A stretch of 40,663 nucleotides of DNA. Source: Candidatus Poseidoniales archaeon (GTDB lineage: Archaea > Thermoplasmatota > Poseidoniia > Poseidoniales > Poseidoniaceae). The position numbers and the translations under genes were made by a program. Below the pieces are notes generated by a model. That model was not told where the DNA came from. It was given only the letters and a program-made list of their open reading frames with translations, and did no database searches. The first letter of the stretch is position 1. Every line of letters starts with the position of its first letter. Positions 1-9,504 of the stretch are shown piece after piece. The stretch spans positions 1-40,663 of the forward strand of contig QXXW01000015.1 in the NCBI GenBank assembly GCA_009887255.1, written 5' to 3'.

Positions 1-31
1 GGCTGGAAGAGATTCGCACAAGGGTTCGCTA

Positions 32-2116
32 TCACGGCTGAGGAAGTTGACGACGCTCATTTTGGCGCTGCCACATGTGCCATGCAACCACCAAAAACGC
101 AAGCACGACGCCACCCTGCAAAGCGATGCTCGAATACAATCGCAGTTCAGGCTCCCAGGCATGAACTTCTACGGTCATGGTTTCGCCATCGGATTCGAGG
201 TAAACGATGTGGTTGGTGAGCACTTGGGGTGACCACTGATCTTCGGCATCAGAAGTGAGAACTTGGGTGATGTTCGCCTGGAGTTCAAGGAAGTAGATTT
301 CACGGTCGAGATATTTGGTTTGAGGAGCGGTGGGGTCGAGATGATCGCGAATGGCGTACGCCAACACATTCTCACCCATCGACGGGTCACTCACAGCGTA
401 CTTGGGGTTGCTCGCTAGCCATTGGTCTGCCGAACTCCTGTTCACGACAACGAGACGGTCGGTTGCGCTGACGTTGACCGTTGCGGCCACGAAGTTGCGA
501 TTGAACGCCACGTCGACGATGCTGGCATTGTCCATGTCAACTGGCGTACCCCAAGAGGCAAGAATGGCGTCCTCTTCCAAGGGGGCGCTTGCGTTGATCT
601 GGTACGTGATGTGCCCTTGAACACCGAACTGCTGGACATGAACGGCCATCGGACGTTGAACTTGAACAACCGCCAGTTCTGAACCTGAACACGACACGTG
701 CTCAACGTCACCAAACAAATCAGCTCCCAACGGGTTTTCATCTCCATCCAAACTCCACACCTGCATGACGCCCATGCTGACCGCCACCAACTGAAGAGGT
801 CCTGCCTCGTTGCAAAGAAGGAGTTCATCCACTGAAGACATCGGAAAGGAACGGGACACATCGAGGGGGTTGTTCAAATTGAAGACCAGGGCGTGTGTAA
901 GATTGGTCGTGACCAACCAGTCCCCCTGAACATCGTGGGAAGTGTTCAACGAAAGACCCTCATAAGCCAGGGAAACGGGTTCGTCACCCACGGAAGAGAG
1001 GTTGTGAACGGTCAACACGGTTCCTTCGGATTGATTGTCCAATGTCACCAACCAGCCATCGGCTGCGCTGGCCCCCTCGGGCGCTTCCACCCCACCTGCA
1101 GGAAGGGAACGGTCGGCAAGATCGAACGTGACGACAGCCGCGACGAACACCAAAATGAAGACGGCCATTCGACCGGTTTCCCGACTGGTTGGGTGGCAGT
1201 AGCGGTCAACACCCACCCTCAAACGCTTGGATGCCCATTGGATTGCGTTCTGTGGCCGAGTCAGCACGGTTACAATGCGAGCGTTCATGGTACGCTCGTC
1301 AAAGAATTTCCACCAACCGTTTGAGGTTCGATCGGCCAACGATACGGCGGCACCTGCCACCAGCATGCCTCCGATGATGTCCAAAAACCAATGAATCCCA
1401 AGATAAATGATGGTGAATGCGGTCAAAATGGTGTAAAGGAGAACCGTCCCCCTGTACCGATTCCAGCGTCGGTCTTCATCGAATCGAGTCAAGCACAACC
1501 ACACGGCAAATGGAATTCCAATGTGAAGGGACGGCATGCCGTTGGTGAACGGGTCGATGCGTCGGAACCAGTCCGCTATTTCTGGCGTCAGGGTGTAGGC
1601 CAGGGTTTCCATCTCCGGTATCACGTCCCCGGTAACGCGGACGTTGAAAAACAGGTAAAATGGCAGGGCAAGGATGTACACCCAAGCGATGGACAATGTC
1701 ACTCGGTCAGCAAGCCAGCGGTCGTCAAAATAAGCGAAGTAAAACACCGAAACATAGCAGATGAACATAAACCCTGCAACGTAAAAATGGGTGAGAACGG
1801 AAGTGAGCCAATCGGCTTGGAAGGTTTGTTGGACCCACAACACAAGGTTGCCTTCCACCGCCCAGATGTACGGCGTCATGTCCAAACCAGTGCTGGCCAT
1901 CAACACACGATCGATCTGGTCAATGCCGTCTTTGGCGTTGTAAATGGTGAACACAATGAGGATGTGAATCCAATACCTCCGGAAAAAATCAACAAACGGG
2001 GGCAGTGACAATTTGGCCCAGGGCGGTTTGAACACCGGTAAGAGAAGAACACCAAGGGCCAGGGCAGAAATCAGCCATGTCAGGTAGATGCTCTGCAACC
2101 ACTCACCCCGATTCAA
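32..2116 (-). CDS. PAP2/AUR1 (inositol-phosphorylceramide synthase-like) membrane phosphoesterase fused to an extracytoplasmic beta-propeller-like region and C-terminal TM helix
   Basis: Multiple TM helices; motifs NGMPSLHIG and YLGIHWFLDIIGG (PAP2 C2/C3); beta-rich C-half with repeats such as DQWSPQVLTNHIVY; TTG start uncertain. Confidence 0.75.
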   Translation of the reverse strand: MNRGEWLQSIYLTWLISALALGVLLLPVFKPPWAKLSLPPFVDFFRRYWIHILIVFTIYNAKDGIDQIDRVLMASTGLDMTPYIWAVEGNLVLWVQQTFQADWLTSVLTHFYVAGFMFICYVSVFYFAYFDDRWLADRVTLSIAWVYILALPFYLFFNVRVTGDVIPEMETLAYTLTPEIADWFRRIDPFTNGMPSLHIGIPFAVWLCLTRFDEDRRWNRYRGTVLLYTILTAFTIIYLGIHWFLDIIGGMLVAGAAVSLADRTSNGWWKFFDERTMNARIVTVLTRPQNAIQWASKRLRVGVDRYCHPTSRETGRMAVFILVFVAAVVTFDLADRSLPAGGVEAPEGASAADGWLVTLDNQSEGTVLTVHNLSSVGDEPVSLAYEGLSLNTSHDVQGDWLVTTNLTHALVFNLNNPLDVSRSFPMSSVDELLLCNEAGPLQLVAVSMGVMQVWSLDGDENPLGADLFGDVEHVSCSGSELAVVQVQRPMAVHVQQFGVQGHITYQINASAPLEEDAILASWGTPVDMDNASIVDVAFNRNFVAATVNVSATDRLVVVNRSSADQWLASNPKYAVSDPSMGENVLAYAIRDHLDPTAPQTKYLDREIYFLELQANITQVLTSDAEDQWSPQVLTNHIVYLESDGETMTVEVHAWEPELRLYSSIALQGGVVLAFLVVAWHMWQRQNERRQLPQP

Positions 2117-2171
2117 GGGCAGCGTGTCTGCTTCATCAACGCGTCGTTGTCAGGTACCGTCAAACGACGAA

Positions 2172-2525
2172 TCACCATGCACCGTGAACGTATTGACGGC
2201 CACCGTCGGGGTCGCGCTTCATGGCCAGATCATAAATTCGCTCAAATCGGAAAATTCCACTCGAGCATCCTTGTTGCCATTCAAAGCCAAGGGCATAGTT
2301 GCCCACGGTACGGACCTGAGGTTTTTCAGCCGGTAGGGATTCAATTTGTCGTCGTAGCGTCCGGTTCGTGTCGTCGTTGTTGCGCATCGGGGCACACTTG
2401 GCACACGGACAGGCATGGCGTAAATCATCGTAGGAAACAGTGTGCTGATCGCCGTTGGCATACGTTAGCGACATTTCAGTGGTGCCGCGTTCAAGCTTGG
2501 TCATCTTGGGAAGTTCATCAGCCAT
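2172..2525 (-). CDS. DUF971 / GBBH-like N-terminal domain protein
   Basis: LRHACPCAKC and VGNYALGFEW..GCSSGIF motifs; start moved to ATG 2525, preceded by GAGGTG RBS. Confidence 0.85.
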   Translation of the reverse strand: MADELPKMTKLERGTTEMSLTYANGDQHTVSYDDLRHACPCAKCAPMRNNDDTNRTLRRQIESLPAEKPQVRTVGNYALGFEWQQGCSSGIFRFERIYDLAMKRDPDGGRQYVHGAW

Positions 2526-2535
2526 GAGTGGCACC

Positions 2536-3546
2536 TCAGACGATTTCCAAACCACCGGGTCCGTCCTCGGTCAGTTGGGCTTGAATGGCGTCAACGACCT
2601 TGGCAAAAGCAAGTGCTGAAGCGCCATCAGGTTCCGAAACGATTCGGTGAACACCGTCATCACCGCCGCGAACAAAACCTGGGTCAAAGGGAAGGGCACC
2701 CAAGAACGGGACGCCAAATTCTTCTGCCGTGGAACGGCCACCACCTTCTTTGAAAATGTCCAACGTGAAGGAAAAGCCGCCGTCTGGCCCGGATGTAGTG
2801 GTCAAGGTCTTGCCGCCGGGTGCACCGACACTTAGGTCCGTCCCAGGGGCAGTGGTGCCGCTGATCGTGAATCCACTCATGTTCTCAACAACCCCAAGAA
2901 CGGGGACTTTGAGGGACTCGGAGAAGGTGATTGATTTGCGGCTGTCCAAAAGGGCCACCTGTTGGGGCGTGGTCACGATGACCATGCCATCGATGTTGGG
3001 CAGGGATTGCGCAACCGTGAGGGGCTCGTCTGAAGTTCCGGGTGGGAAATCGATGACCAAATAGTCCAACTGACCCCACTCAACGTCACCGATGAACTGT
3101 TGGATGGCCCCCAATTTGATTGGGCCCCGCCAGACGACGGGCGTGTCCTCATCATCGAGCAGGAAAGCCATGCTGATCACCTTGACACCCAAGTGGCCTT
3201 GGGCTGGATGGATTCGTTTGTTTTCAACGTGGAGCCGACGCCCGTCCAGACCCATCATCTTGGGGATGTTGGGGCCGGTGATGTCGATGTCAAGGATCCC
3301 CACTTTGTGGCCCTGCTGGGCCAAGGAAAGAGCAAGACCCGTTGAAACGGTTGATTTCCCAACGCCTCCTTTTCCTGAAAGGACCATGATTTTGTGCTTG
3401 ATGTTGCGGCCAATTTCTTCCATTGACATCTTTCGTTTCATCTGGGCGTATGCCTGTTCCATCTGTTTCTGTTCTTGAGGGCTCGGGCCTTCGGAAGAAG
3501 CCGCTCCGTCGCCTGGAGAGTTGATGGTCACTGGTGAATCCGCCAT
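2536..3546 (-). CDS. mrp: Mrp/NBP35 (ApbC) family P-loop ATPase, Cys-free variant
   Basis: SGKGGVGKST, DIDITGPNIP, VVWRGP, DFPPGTSD, VTTPQ, VVENMS. Confidence 0.92.
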   Translation of the reverse strand: MADSPVTINSPGDGAASSEGPSPQEQKQMEQAYAQMKRKMSMEEIGRNIKHKIMVLSGKGGVGKSTVSTGLALSLAQQGHKVGILDIDITGPNIPKMMGLDGRRLHVENKRIHPAQGHLGVKVISMAFLLDDEDTPVVWRGPIKLGAIQQFIGDVEWGQLDYLVIDFPPGTSDEPLTVAQSLPNIDGMVIVTTPQQVALLDSRKSITFSESLKVPVLGVVENMSGFTISGTTAPGTDLSVGAPGGKTLTTTSGPDGGFSFTLDIFKEGGGRSTAEEFGVPFLGALPFDPGFVRGGDDGVHRIVSEPDGASALAFAKVVDAIQAQLTEDGPGGLEIV

Positions 3547-3588
3547 GGTGTCACCATCGTCCGGGGCTACTTCAACCCACCCACATGG

Positions 3589-3951
3589 TCATCGTTGGGC
3601 CAGAGAAGCATTGCGTAATTGCCGATCCGTGGCAAGGTGCATCCACAACCAAGCACCCAACACCAGCACCAAAGGCGGCCAGGACCACGCCATTCCACCG
3701 TACGCCCATGCCAATCCAACAGCCAACGGAAGGCTCCCCAAACCAAACACTTGGTTGAGCTGACGTCGCTCATTCAACGAAAGGCTTGGGGCTGTCGCTG
3801 CACCCAACGGTCCAAACATCACAACTTGAATTGAAACGGCGAAAGCCACGATTTGAAACGCCATGTCTGCGTCCAGCGTTGCAGCAACGACATGACCTGC
3901 GAACAGCACGCAAAAGACGCTGTAATGAAGCAACAGCCGGCGCATGCACAT
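3589..3951 (-). CDS. small hypothetical membrane protein (about 4 TM)
   Basis: Hydrophobic 120-aa ORF filling the gap, co-oriented with mrp. Confidence 0.6.
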   Translation of the reverse strand: MCMRRLLLHYSVFCVLFAGHVVAATLDADMAFQIVAFAVSIQVVMFGPLGAATAPSLSLNERRQLNQVFGLGSLPLAVGLAWAYGGMAWSWPPLVLVLGAWLWMHLATDRQLRNASLAQR

Positions 3952-4022
3952 CCGTCTTCAGCAACCTGCTTCAATTCATCTATGGAGGAAGACTTGATAG
4001 AGGGTTAACCGTTTGCAAAATC

Positions 4023-4415
4023 ATGAAGATTTTGTTTGTGTGTGTGGGCAATTCATGTCGCTCTCAGATGGCAGAAGGGCTGGCTCGACGCCTTGGCTTT
4101 GAGGCTGATTCTGCTGGAACTCATCCTGCCGCAAAAGTGGCTGTAAACGCTGTGAAGTATTTGGAGTCCGAGGGCATCAACACCGCTGGAATGAAACCAA
4201 AATCGGTGGATCTCTTTGATGCCAAGGAATACGACAAAGTCATCTCGATGGGATGCGGCGTGGCATGCCCCAACATGGACATTGACGAAGACTGGGGCCT
4301 CGAGGATCCGGTCGGTCAATCCTATGAGGTGTACGTGGCAACGGCGAAAACCATTGAACGACGCTTGAATGGATGGCTGGCTCACTCGGACGTCTCGGAT
4401 TCACCTTCGCCTTGA
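4023..4415 (+). CDS. arsC: arsenate reductase ArsC / LMW protein-tyrosine phosphatase family
   Basis: ILFVCVGNSCRSQMAEG (CX5R), distal MGCGVACP and WGLEDP; start at ATG 4023 rather than 3786. Confidence 0.88.
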   Translation: MKILFVCVGNSCRSQMAEGLARRLGFEADSAGTHPAAKVAVNAVKYLESEGINTAGMKPKSVDLFDAKEYDKVISMGCGVACPNMDIDEDWGLEDPVGQSYEVYVATAKTIERRLNGWLAHSDVSDSPSP

Positions 4416-4732
4416 AGATCGATGCGAAGGACACTCACGGTGCGCACCTTACCTTCATCGTTGGTCAATTCCTCAGATTCACAAGATAGACGTTCAATGG
4501 TAACCGTTTCCGGAAGATCTTGTGCGATGTGCCCGCTGCGGCGCCTGCACACTTCAGCCACGTCAACTGCCCGCGATATCGTTGCCCCACGGGCGACGAG
4601 TTGGATGGAGCGGTCACCGCTTTCCATCGCCATCACGACGGCTCGCACGTAGGAATGTAGGGGTTTTTTTCCGATGAAGATTACGCGCCGTTCGCTCATG
4701 TGTACCGGTGTTGTGTTGGTTGCCTCGTCCAT
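4382..4732 (-). CDS. albA: Alba family DNA/RNA-binding chromatin protein
   Basis: IFIGKKPLHSYV, LVARGATISRAVDVAEV, RTVSVLRIDL; start could be 4732 or the next Met. Confidence 0.88.
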   Translation of the reverse strand: MDEATNTTPVHMSERRVIFIGKKPLHSYVRAVVMAMESGDRSIQLVARGATISRAVDVAEVCRRRSGHIAQDLPETVTIERLSCESEELTNDEGKVRTVSVLRIDLQGEGESETSE

Positions 4733-4828
4733 AAAGATTGACGCTTGAACATGAACATGAACGGAACGCAGTGTTCTTGGATTTGAATCGCATTTATCAG
4801 AGAAAACCTGAACACTCCTCGCCGGAAA

Positions 4829-4903
4829 TGGTGCGAGCGCCGGGACTCGAACCCGGGTTCAAGCGTTGGCAACGCTCGGTGATAACCACTACACTACGCT
4901 CGC
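4829..4903 (-). tRNA. tRNA-Gly(GCC), intronless, CCA encoded
   Basis: GCGAGCG/CGCTCGC acceptor stem, GAGCG-TTGCCAA-CGCTT anticodon arm, CCGGG-TTCGAGT-CCCGG T arm, ACCA end. Confidence 0.96.
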
Positions 4904-4929
4904 AGATAAACAAACCCATCCAGCAGGGG

Positions 4930-4935
4930 TTTAAA
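4930..4935 (-). promoter_or_regulatory. archaeal TATA box of tRNA-Gly
   Basis: TTTAAA about 27-32 nt upstream of the tRNA 5' end. Confidence 0.6.
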
Positions 4936-4984
4936 CGATTGTCGGCCGGGTTGGATGCACCCTTGCTGGCTTGACGCCATCCAT

Positions 4985-7900
4985 TTATTCCATGCCGAAG
5001 CGGTCCCTGCCATTGCCGTCGTTGGCGTCCTTGCCAGAACTTCTCGTCATGGTGACAACGGCGATGACGGCTCCGATCAACACAAGCAGACCGATACCCC
5101 CCAACATCTGAGCGCTGATTCCACCCTCGGTGTCCTGGGTTGCATCGCCCTCCACAAGGGCAACGGTTGCTGAAGAGAGACTCAATTCACCAAAGGTGTC
5201 GGTGGCGCGAAGCCTGATTTCATGTGTACCCAACGGCGTCCCAGACCGAATGGACAATGGAACAGAGTACACGCCGTCACCAGCCGTTTGGTCTCCGTCG
5301 TTGCCATCGTCTCGCATTGGGACCCACTGAGGAGCCCCCACGGCGTTGAACACGCCCAAGTTGGCCTCAACGCGATACACGCCGTCCGGATCCGTAACGT
5401 TCACCGTGAAAGAAATGGCCTCATCCACCGTTTTGGTGACCTCCATGCGAACGGGTGGCGTTATGGTGGGCCGGTCGTTGAGCACCGTGATCTCAATGGG
5501 TTGTGGTTCGCTAAAATCAAGATGGTGTGGACCTCGTTGCTCGTCACCTGCCGGTCCAATGGGCTCAGCCCAAGCCGAATACCGCTGAGTGGCTCCAAGG
5601 TTATCCGTTGCGACCAGCGTCAGCGATTGAACACCGGGGGAGAGCCCCGAAGGTGTGTCCACCATCGCCGTCCAGACATCGCCGTTTTCAACCAAGGGGA
5701 CATCAATTCCTCCGTATGTGCGGAGGTCCAACGAAAGAGACGCAACTCCATGACCGTCGTAGGCTTCAACGTTCACCACCAAGGCCGTGCCCCGTTCCAA
5801 TGTTTGTGGTGCAAAAATCACGTTCGTCAATCTGGGAGCTTGATTCACGATGGTCACCGTACTCTCCATCGAAGTTGTTGCATCGAAGGCGTCAATGGCC
5901 GTGGCTGTAAGGTTCATCGTCCCAATTTGTAGCCCGGGGACGATCAGCAATCCTGTGAACACGTCGTCGCCAATGGTTGAATCACCGTCGAGACCACGGT
6001 CGTTGAGGGACAACGTCCCACCACCCAACGGGGTGAGATCAACAGTGACGGATTCGACGTTGTAGTCTGGGTCCAGAAGTTGAACCTCCACATGGGCAAG
6101 CGAACCGCCTTCACCAACGACCAAGCCCTCTCGCAAATTCATCGATTCAATGATGGGGGCGGCGTTTTCTCCAGCGGTGACGATTTGCGGGGAAACAACT
6201 CGTTCAAGCACTTGAGATTCGTTAAGGACAATGGTTTCTTCAGCTTCGCCAAACGGTACGCTCAACTGGCGATGAACGGAAGACAACAGCCCTCCAAGCG
6301 GCCCTGAAGAAACAATTCGTCCAGAGGCGTTGCCCGTTGCATCCCCCTCATCTCCTCCGTAGGTACCAACCCACGCCACCACAGAGAAATTACGGCCGTC
6401 TCGAACGTCAAACGTGTTGGTGCCAGCCATAACATCCAGAGACAAGCCCTCTTGTGCGTTCAACACAAGGCGGTCTCCAGTACGCATGGGGATGGGCATG
6501 AGGCCGGTTTCTCGACCCACCGTGAGGTTGCCCAATGTCTGCTCAACCTCGGGCGCAGAGGGATTGCGCTGGAGGGGGCTGTTCGCTGGGCGCTCGTCCC
6601 CTTCCGAGGCGTCGGCCCCGGTTTCTCTCCAAACCAGTCGCACCGTCCGGTTGTCCCAGTCGGCGTGAACCACTTGGTAATCCCACGTTTCATTGTGGGT
6701 TGCACCCACGCCAGCACCGTCGAAGAAGTTCCCCCCGTTCAGACCTGTGATGTTGAACCAGGACTCCTGATGAATGACGTTGACGTCAAATTCTTCTCCT
6801 TCGGCATTCGCCTGAGTCCCCGTTTCTTCAATGGAACGGACCACGCCGAACGTCCCTTGAACGTCACCGCTGAGAACGCCATCCACGTGAAGGTCGTCGA
6901 TGAGTGTGGTTCCATTGACGGTACGGCTGTGAAGATCGAGAATGGTTCCATTGACTTGGAGTGAAGCGTTTTCGTCCTGGTCTTCAAAGCCAAATGTTCC
7001 CGAGCCGTAAAGTTCCTCATGCTGAAGGACACGGGACCCGTTTTCCCACCGTTCAAGAGAGGAGAATCCATCCAGCGATACGTCTAGGCGCGTACCGTCT
7101 TCGACAAGAACAAAGTCTGCCATCGCCTCAAATTGTGTGTGTTGGAGGATACGACTCCCAGCCACGTCGTGGTATTCCAAGAAAAACACAGCCAATTCTC
7201 CATCGATGTTGAGTGAGGAATTCTCAACACTGCTGTCGCTGACGTTGAGCACTCCCGTCGCCTCGAGCAAGAGTTGCTCTTCAATGACGCCTTCAATCAT
7301 CGACCGATTCAGCATCGCTTGGGAAACGTCCGCGTGAATCACAGTCAACACCCCGTCTTGATTCACGGTGGTGTTGAGGTCACCGTAACCTCTGGCATCG
7401 AAGACTTGTGAAGTCAGCACGCCCCCCACGATGGTTTCGTTTTTCCAAAGTTGAGTCAGCACCAAGTTCAAGTCCGTTGTGGTGCCGTTTGTGCTCTCCA
7501 ATGTGCGGAATGCACCGTTGCCAAGTTCCCAGGAATGCACCGTTTCACCGATGCGTTGTTGCCATCCCTGGCCGTCAAAATTCAAACCAAACCGTTGGGG
7601 GCCGTCTTCGGTGGTGTAGGCTTGTTCAGTGGACCATGAGGTGCTCAAAAGAACCTCATGGTCGTCCATGGGCTGGTTCCACTGGCCAACCGTGAGCGGG
7701 CGAGAGACAACAACGGGTGCAACAAGATCCTCGCCGTCAACCGCGGTGAGGTTCACGTTCACGACGGCCTGCTCACCCCATTCAAGAACATGGTCAAAGG
7801 TGATCGTGGCCGTTCGACCATGCTCAGAAGCGCCCCAAACAACTGCAGAAGGGGACAGAGGGGTCGTCAGCACATCCGAATCGTACCTCGCATCAAAGGT

Positions 7901-8080
7901 GTAACTGCCGTTTGTGTCAAATTGAACGAGGTACTGGTTGAGCACACCGCCGTTACCATCGTCCACCCAATGGGTGGAAACCGTGAACGTCGGTCCTTCA
8001 GCAGAAGTGGCGTTGACCGGAAGAGTGGAGGCAAGGAGCACCAGCACCGTCAACACGGGAAGGGCTGTCCGCTTGAGCAT
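4985..8080 (-). CDS. large secreted, C-terminally membrane-anchored acidic beta-rich surface protein with two choice-of-anchor-X-like motifs
   Basis: Signal peptide MLKRTALPVLTVLVLLASTLPVNA (start 8080); LNDRGLDGDSTIGDDVFTG and MRDDGNDGDQTAGDGVYS; Ig-like repeats; C-terminal TM. Confidence 0.78.
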   Translation of the reverse strand: MLKRTALPVLTVLVLLASTLPVNATSAEGPTFTVSTHWVDDGNGGVLNQYLVQFDTNGSYTFDARYDSDVLTTPLSPSAVVWGASEHGRTATITFDHVLEWGEQAVVNVNLTAVDGEDLVAPVVVSRPLTVGQWNQPMDDHEVLLSTSWSTEQAYTTEDGPQRFGLNFDGQGWQQRIGETVHSWELGNGAFRTLESTNGTTTDLNLVLTQLWKNETIVGGVLTSQVFDARGYGDLNTTVNQDGVLTVIHADVSQAMLNRSMIEGVIEEQLLLEATGVLNVSDSSVENSSLNIDGELAVFFLEYHDVAGSRILQHTQFEAMADFVLVEDGTRLDVSLDGFSSLERWENGSRVLQHEELYGSGTFGFEDQDENASLQVNGTILDLHSRTVNGTTLIDDLHVDGVLSGDVQGTFGVVRSIEETGTQANAEGEEFDVNVIHQESWFNITGLNGGNFFDGAGVGATHNETWDYQVVHADWDNRTVRLVWRETGADASEGDERPANSPLQRNPSAPEVEQTLGNLTVGRETGLMPIPMRTGDRLVLNAQEGLSLDVMAGTNTFDVRDGRNFSVVAWVGTYGGDEGDATGNASGRIVSSGPLGGLLSSVHRQLSVPFGEAEETIVLNESQVLERVVSPQIVTAGENAAPIIESMNLREGLVVGEGGSLAHVEVQLLDPDYNVESVTVDLTPLGGGTLSLNDRGLDGDSTIGDDVFTGLLIVPGLQIGTMNLTATAIDAFDATTSMESTVTIVNQAPRLTNVIFAPQTLERGTALVVNVEAYDGHGVASLSLDLRTYGGIDVPLVENGDVWTAMVDTPSGLSPGVQSLTLVATDNLGATQRYSAWAEPIGPAGDEQRGPHHLDFSEPQPIEITVLNDRPTITPPVRMEVTKTVDEAISFTVNVTDPDGVYRVEANLGVFNAVGAPQWVPMRDDGNDGDQTAGDGVYSVPLSIRSGTPLGTHEIRLRATDTFGELSLSSATVALVEGDATQDTEGGISAQMLGGIGLLVLIGAVIAVVTMTRSSGKDANDGNGRDRFGME

Positions 8081-8127
8081 GGTTGATTTTGAGGGCTGGT
8101 CCCCTTCAAGACTTTCTATGCCACGAT

Positions 8128-9084
8128 TCAGGCCAAGTCCAGAACATAACCGAACAACAACGGAAGAACGATGGTAGCATCGCTGTTGATGTTGAATCTT
8201 GGTGTGCTCACACTCAACTTCCCCCATGAGATTTTTTCATTCGGTGGGGCCCCAGAGTAGCCGCCGTACGAAGCCGTAGCGTCCGTAATTTGGGCAAACC
8301 ACGACCACAACGGCACCGCTGTCTTGAGGTCTTGATGAAGAAGAGGCACAACGCAAATCGGGAAATCTCCAGCTATACCGCCGCCGACTTGCAAGAACGC
8401 CAAAGGTTCGGTGTTCGAACGATAGAATTCAGTGAGGTGGCGCATGTAATGGACACCTCCGAGAACAGCGTTGGGGTTCAACGTTCCTTCCAATGAACGT
8501 GCTGCGAAGATGTTGCCAAGGGTTGAATCTTCCCACCCTGGCACGTAGAGTGGTAAACCGACTTCGGCAGCTGCCAACAACCACGAATGTGCCGGGTTCG
8601 CTTGGTAAACATCGCTCAATTCACCCGATGTGAGAAGGTCATAGAGGAAAAGATGAGGGAGTTGGGCGCTGGTTTCGTCGACATCGCCCCAGCGGTCCAT
8701 GAGGTGGCCTTCGATGGCCCGGATGGCCTCTTCCTCAGGAATGCAGGTGTCTGTTACTCGGTTGAGATGACGTTGAAACAACGCTTCATCATCAGCGGGA
8801 GCGAGGTCCTCGTGACTGGAAATGTGCTCGTAGTGGTGGTGGGCGACGAGATTGAACATGTCTTCCTCAAGATTGGCCCCCGTGCAACTGATGGCTGCAA
8901 TGTGTCCCGCACGGATCATGGGTGCAAGGGTACGCCCGATTTCTGCCGTGCTCATTGCTCCGGCCAGCGTCAAGAACACCCTGCCCCCAGACTCGATCAA
9001 GGCCGTCAACGATGATGCTGTCCGTTGGACGGTTCCTGCGTTGAAATGTCGGTAATGCTCGTCAACAAAGGCTCGAACGGTCAT
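8128..9084 (-). CDS. deoxyhypusine synthase-like protein, bacterial type (possible homospermidine synthase)
   Basis: YRHFNA, LAGAMSTAEIG, SCTGANLEED, GGGIAGDFPIC, SYGGYSGAPPNEKISWGK. Confidence 0.88.
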   Translation of the reverse strand: MTVRAFVDEHYRHFNAGTVQRTASSLTALIESGGRVFLTLAGAMSTAEIGRTLAPMIRAGHIAAISCTGANLEEDMFNLVAHHHYEHISSHEDLAPADDEALFQRHLNRVTDTCIPEEEAIRAIEGHLMDRWGDVDETSAQLPHLFLYDLLTSGELSDVYQANPAHSWLLAAAEVGLPLYVPGWEDSTLGNIFAARSLEGTLNPNAVLGGVHYMRHLTEFYRSNTEPLAFLQVGGGIAGDFPICVVPLLHQDLKTAVPLWSWFAQITDATASYGGYSGAPPNEKISWGKLSVSTPRFNINSDATIVLPLLFGYVLDLA

Positions 9085-9088
9085 GCGG

Positions 9089-9472
9089 TCAGCCCCCGTG
9101 CAGGAATCGCTTCACTTGATTACGGCGTTCGAGAACAGCGTCAGGGAACACGTCGATCAGTGCTTGGTGAAGATGGTCCGCAACAAGATTGGGGTCGGTT
9201 GTACCGCAGGTAAAACAATCCACGGCCAACAATCCTCTATCCGCGTACGAATGTGCGGTGATGTGACTTTCGTCGATAAGCACCACAGCTGCGAAGCCGG
9301 GGGGCGACACCGTTCCGTCGAACGCAGCGACATGGGCGTGAACTTCTCGAGCTGTTGAAGCGGCGACGGCTTTCCGCATTACAGAGAGCATCCACTCTGC
9401 GTTGAGATGGTCATCAAAGTACGCTCCAGTGTAATCGAGAAACACGTGGAGGCCTTGGGATTGAATGGTCAT
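9089..9472 (-). CDS. speD: pyruvoyl-dependent SpeD-family decarboxylase proenzyme (AdoMet or Arg/Orn decarboxylase)
   Basis: GLHVFLD, VLIDESHITAHSY (E-S cleavage site), DCFTCG; substrate not determinable. Confidence 0.82.
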   Translation of the reverse strand: MTIQSQGLHVFLDYTGAYFDDHLNAEWMLSVMRKAVAASTAREVHAHVAAFDGTVSPPGFAAVVLIDESHITAHSYADRGLLAVDCFTCGTTDPNLVADHLHQALIDVFPDAVLERRNQVKRFLHGG

Positions 9473-9504
9473 GTTCGTTCACCTTGTTCGTTCAGAGCGT
9501 GCTT

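Noticed and set aside
3786-4022. Long N-terminal extension of ArsC
   Set aside because: It overlaps an opposite-strand ORF, and family homology starts at MKILFVC
4829-4985. tRNA-Gly as integration site of an island
   Set aside because: No integrase and no duplicated tRNA 3' end seen; flanking genes look like host genes
8081-8227. N-terminal extension of the 1080-aa ORF
   Set aside because: It overlaps the DHS gene, and the signal peptide begins at ATG 8080
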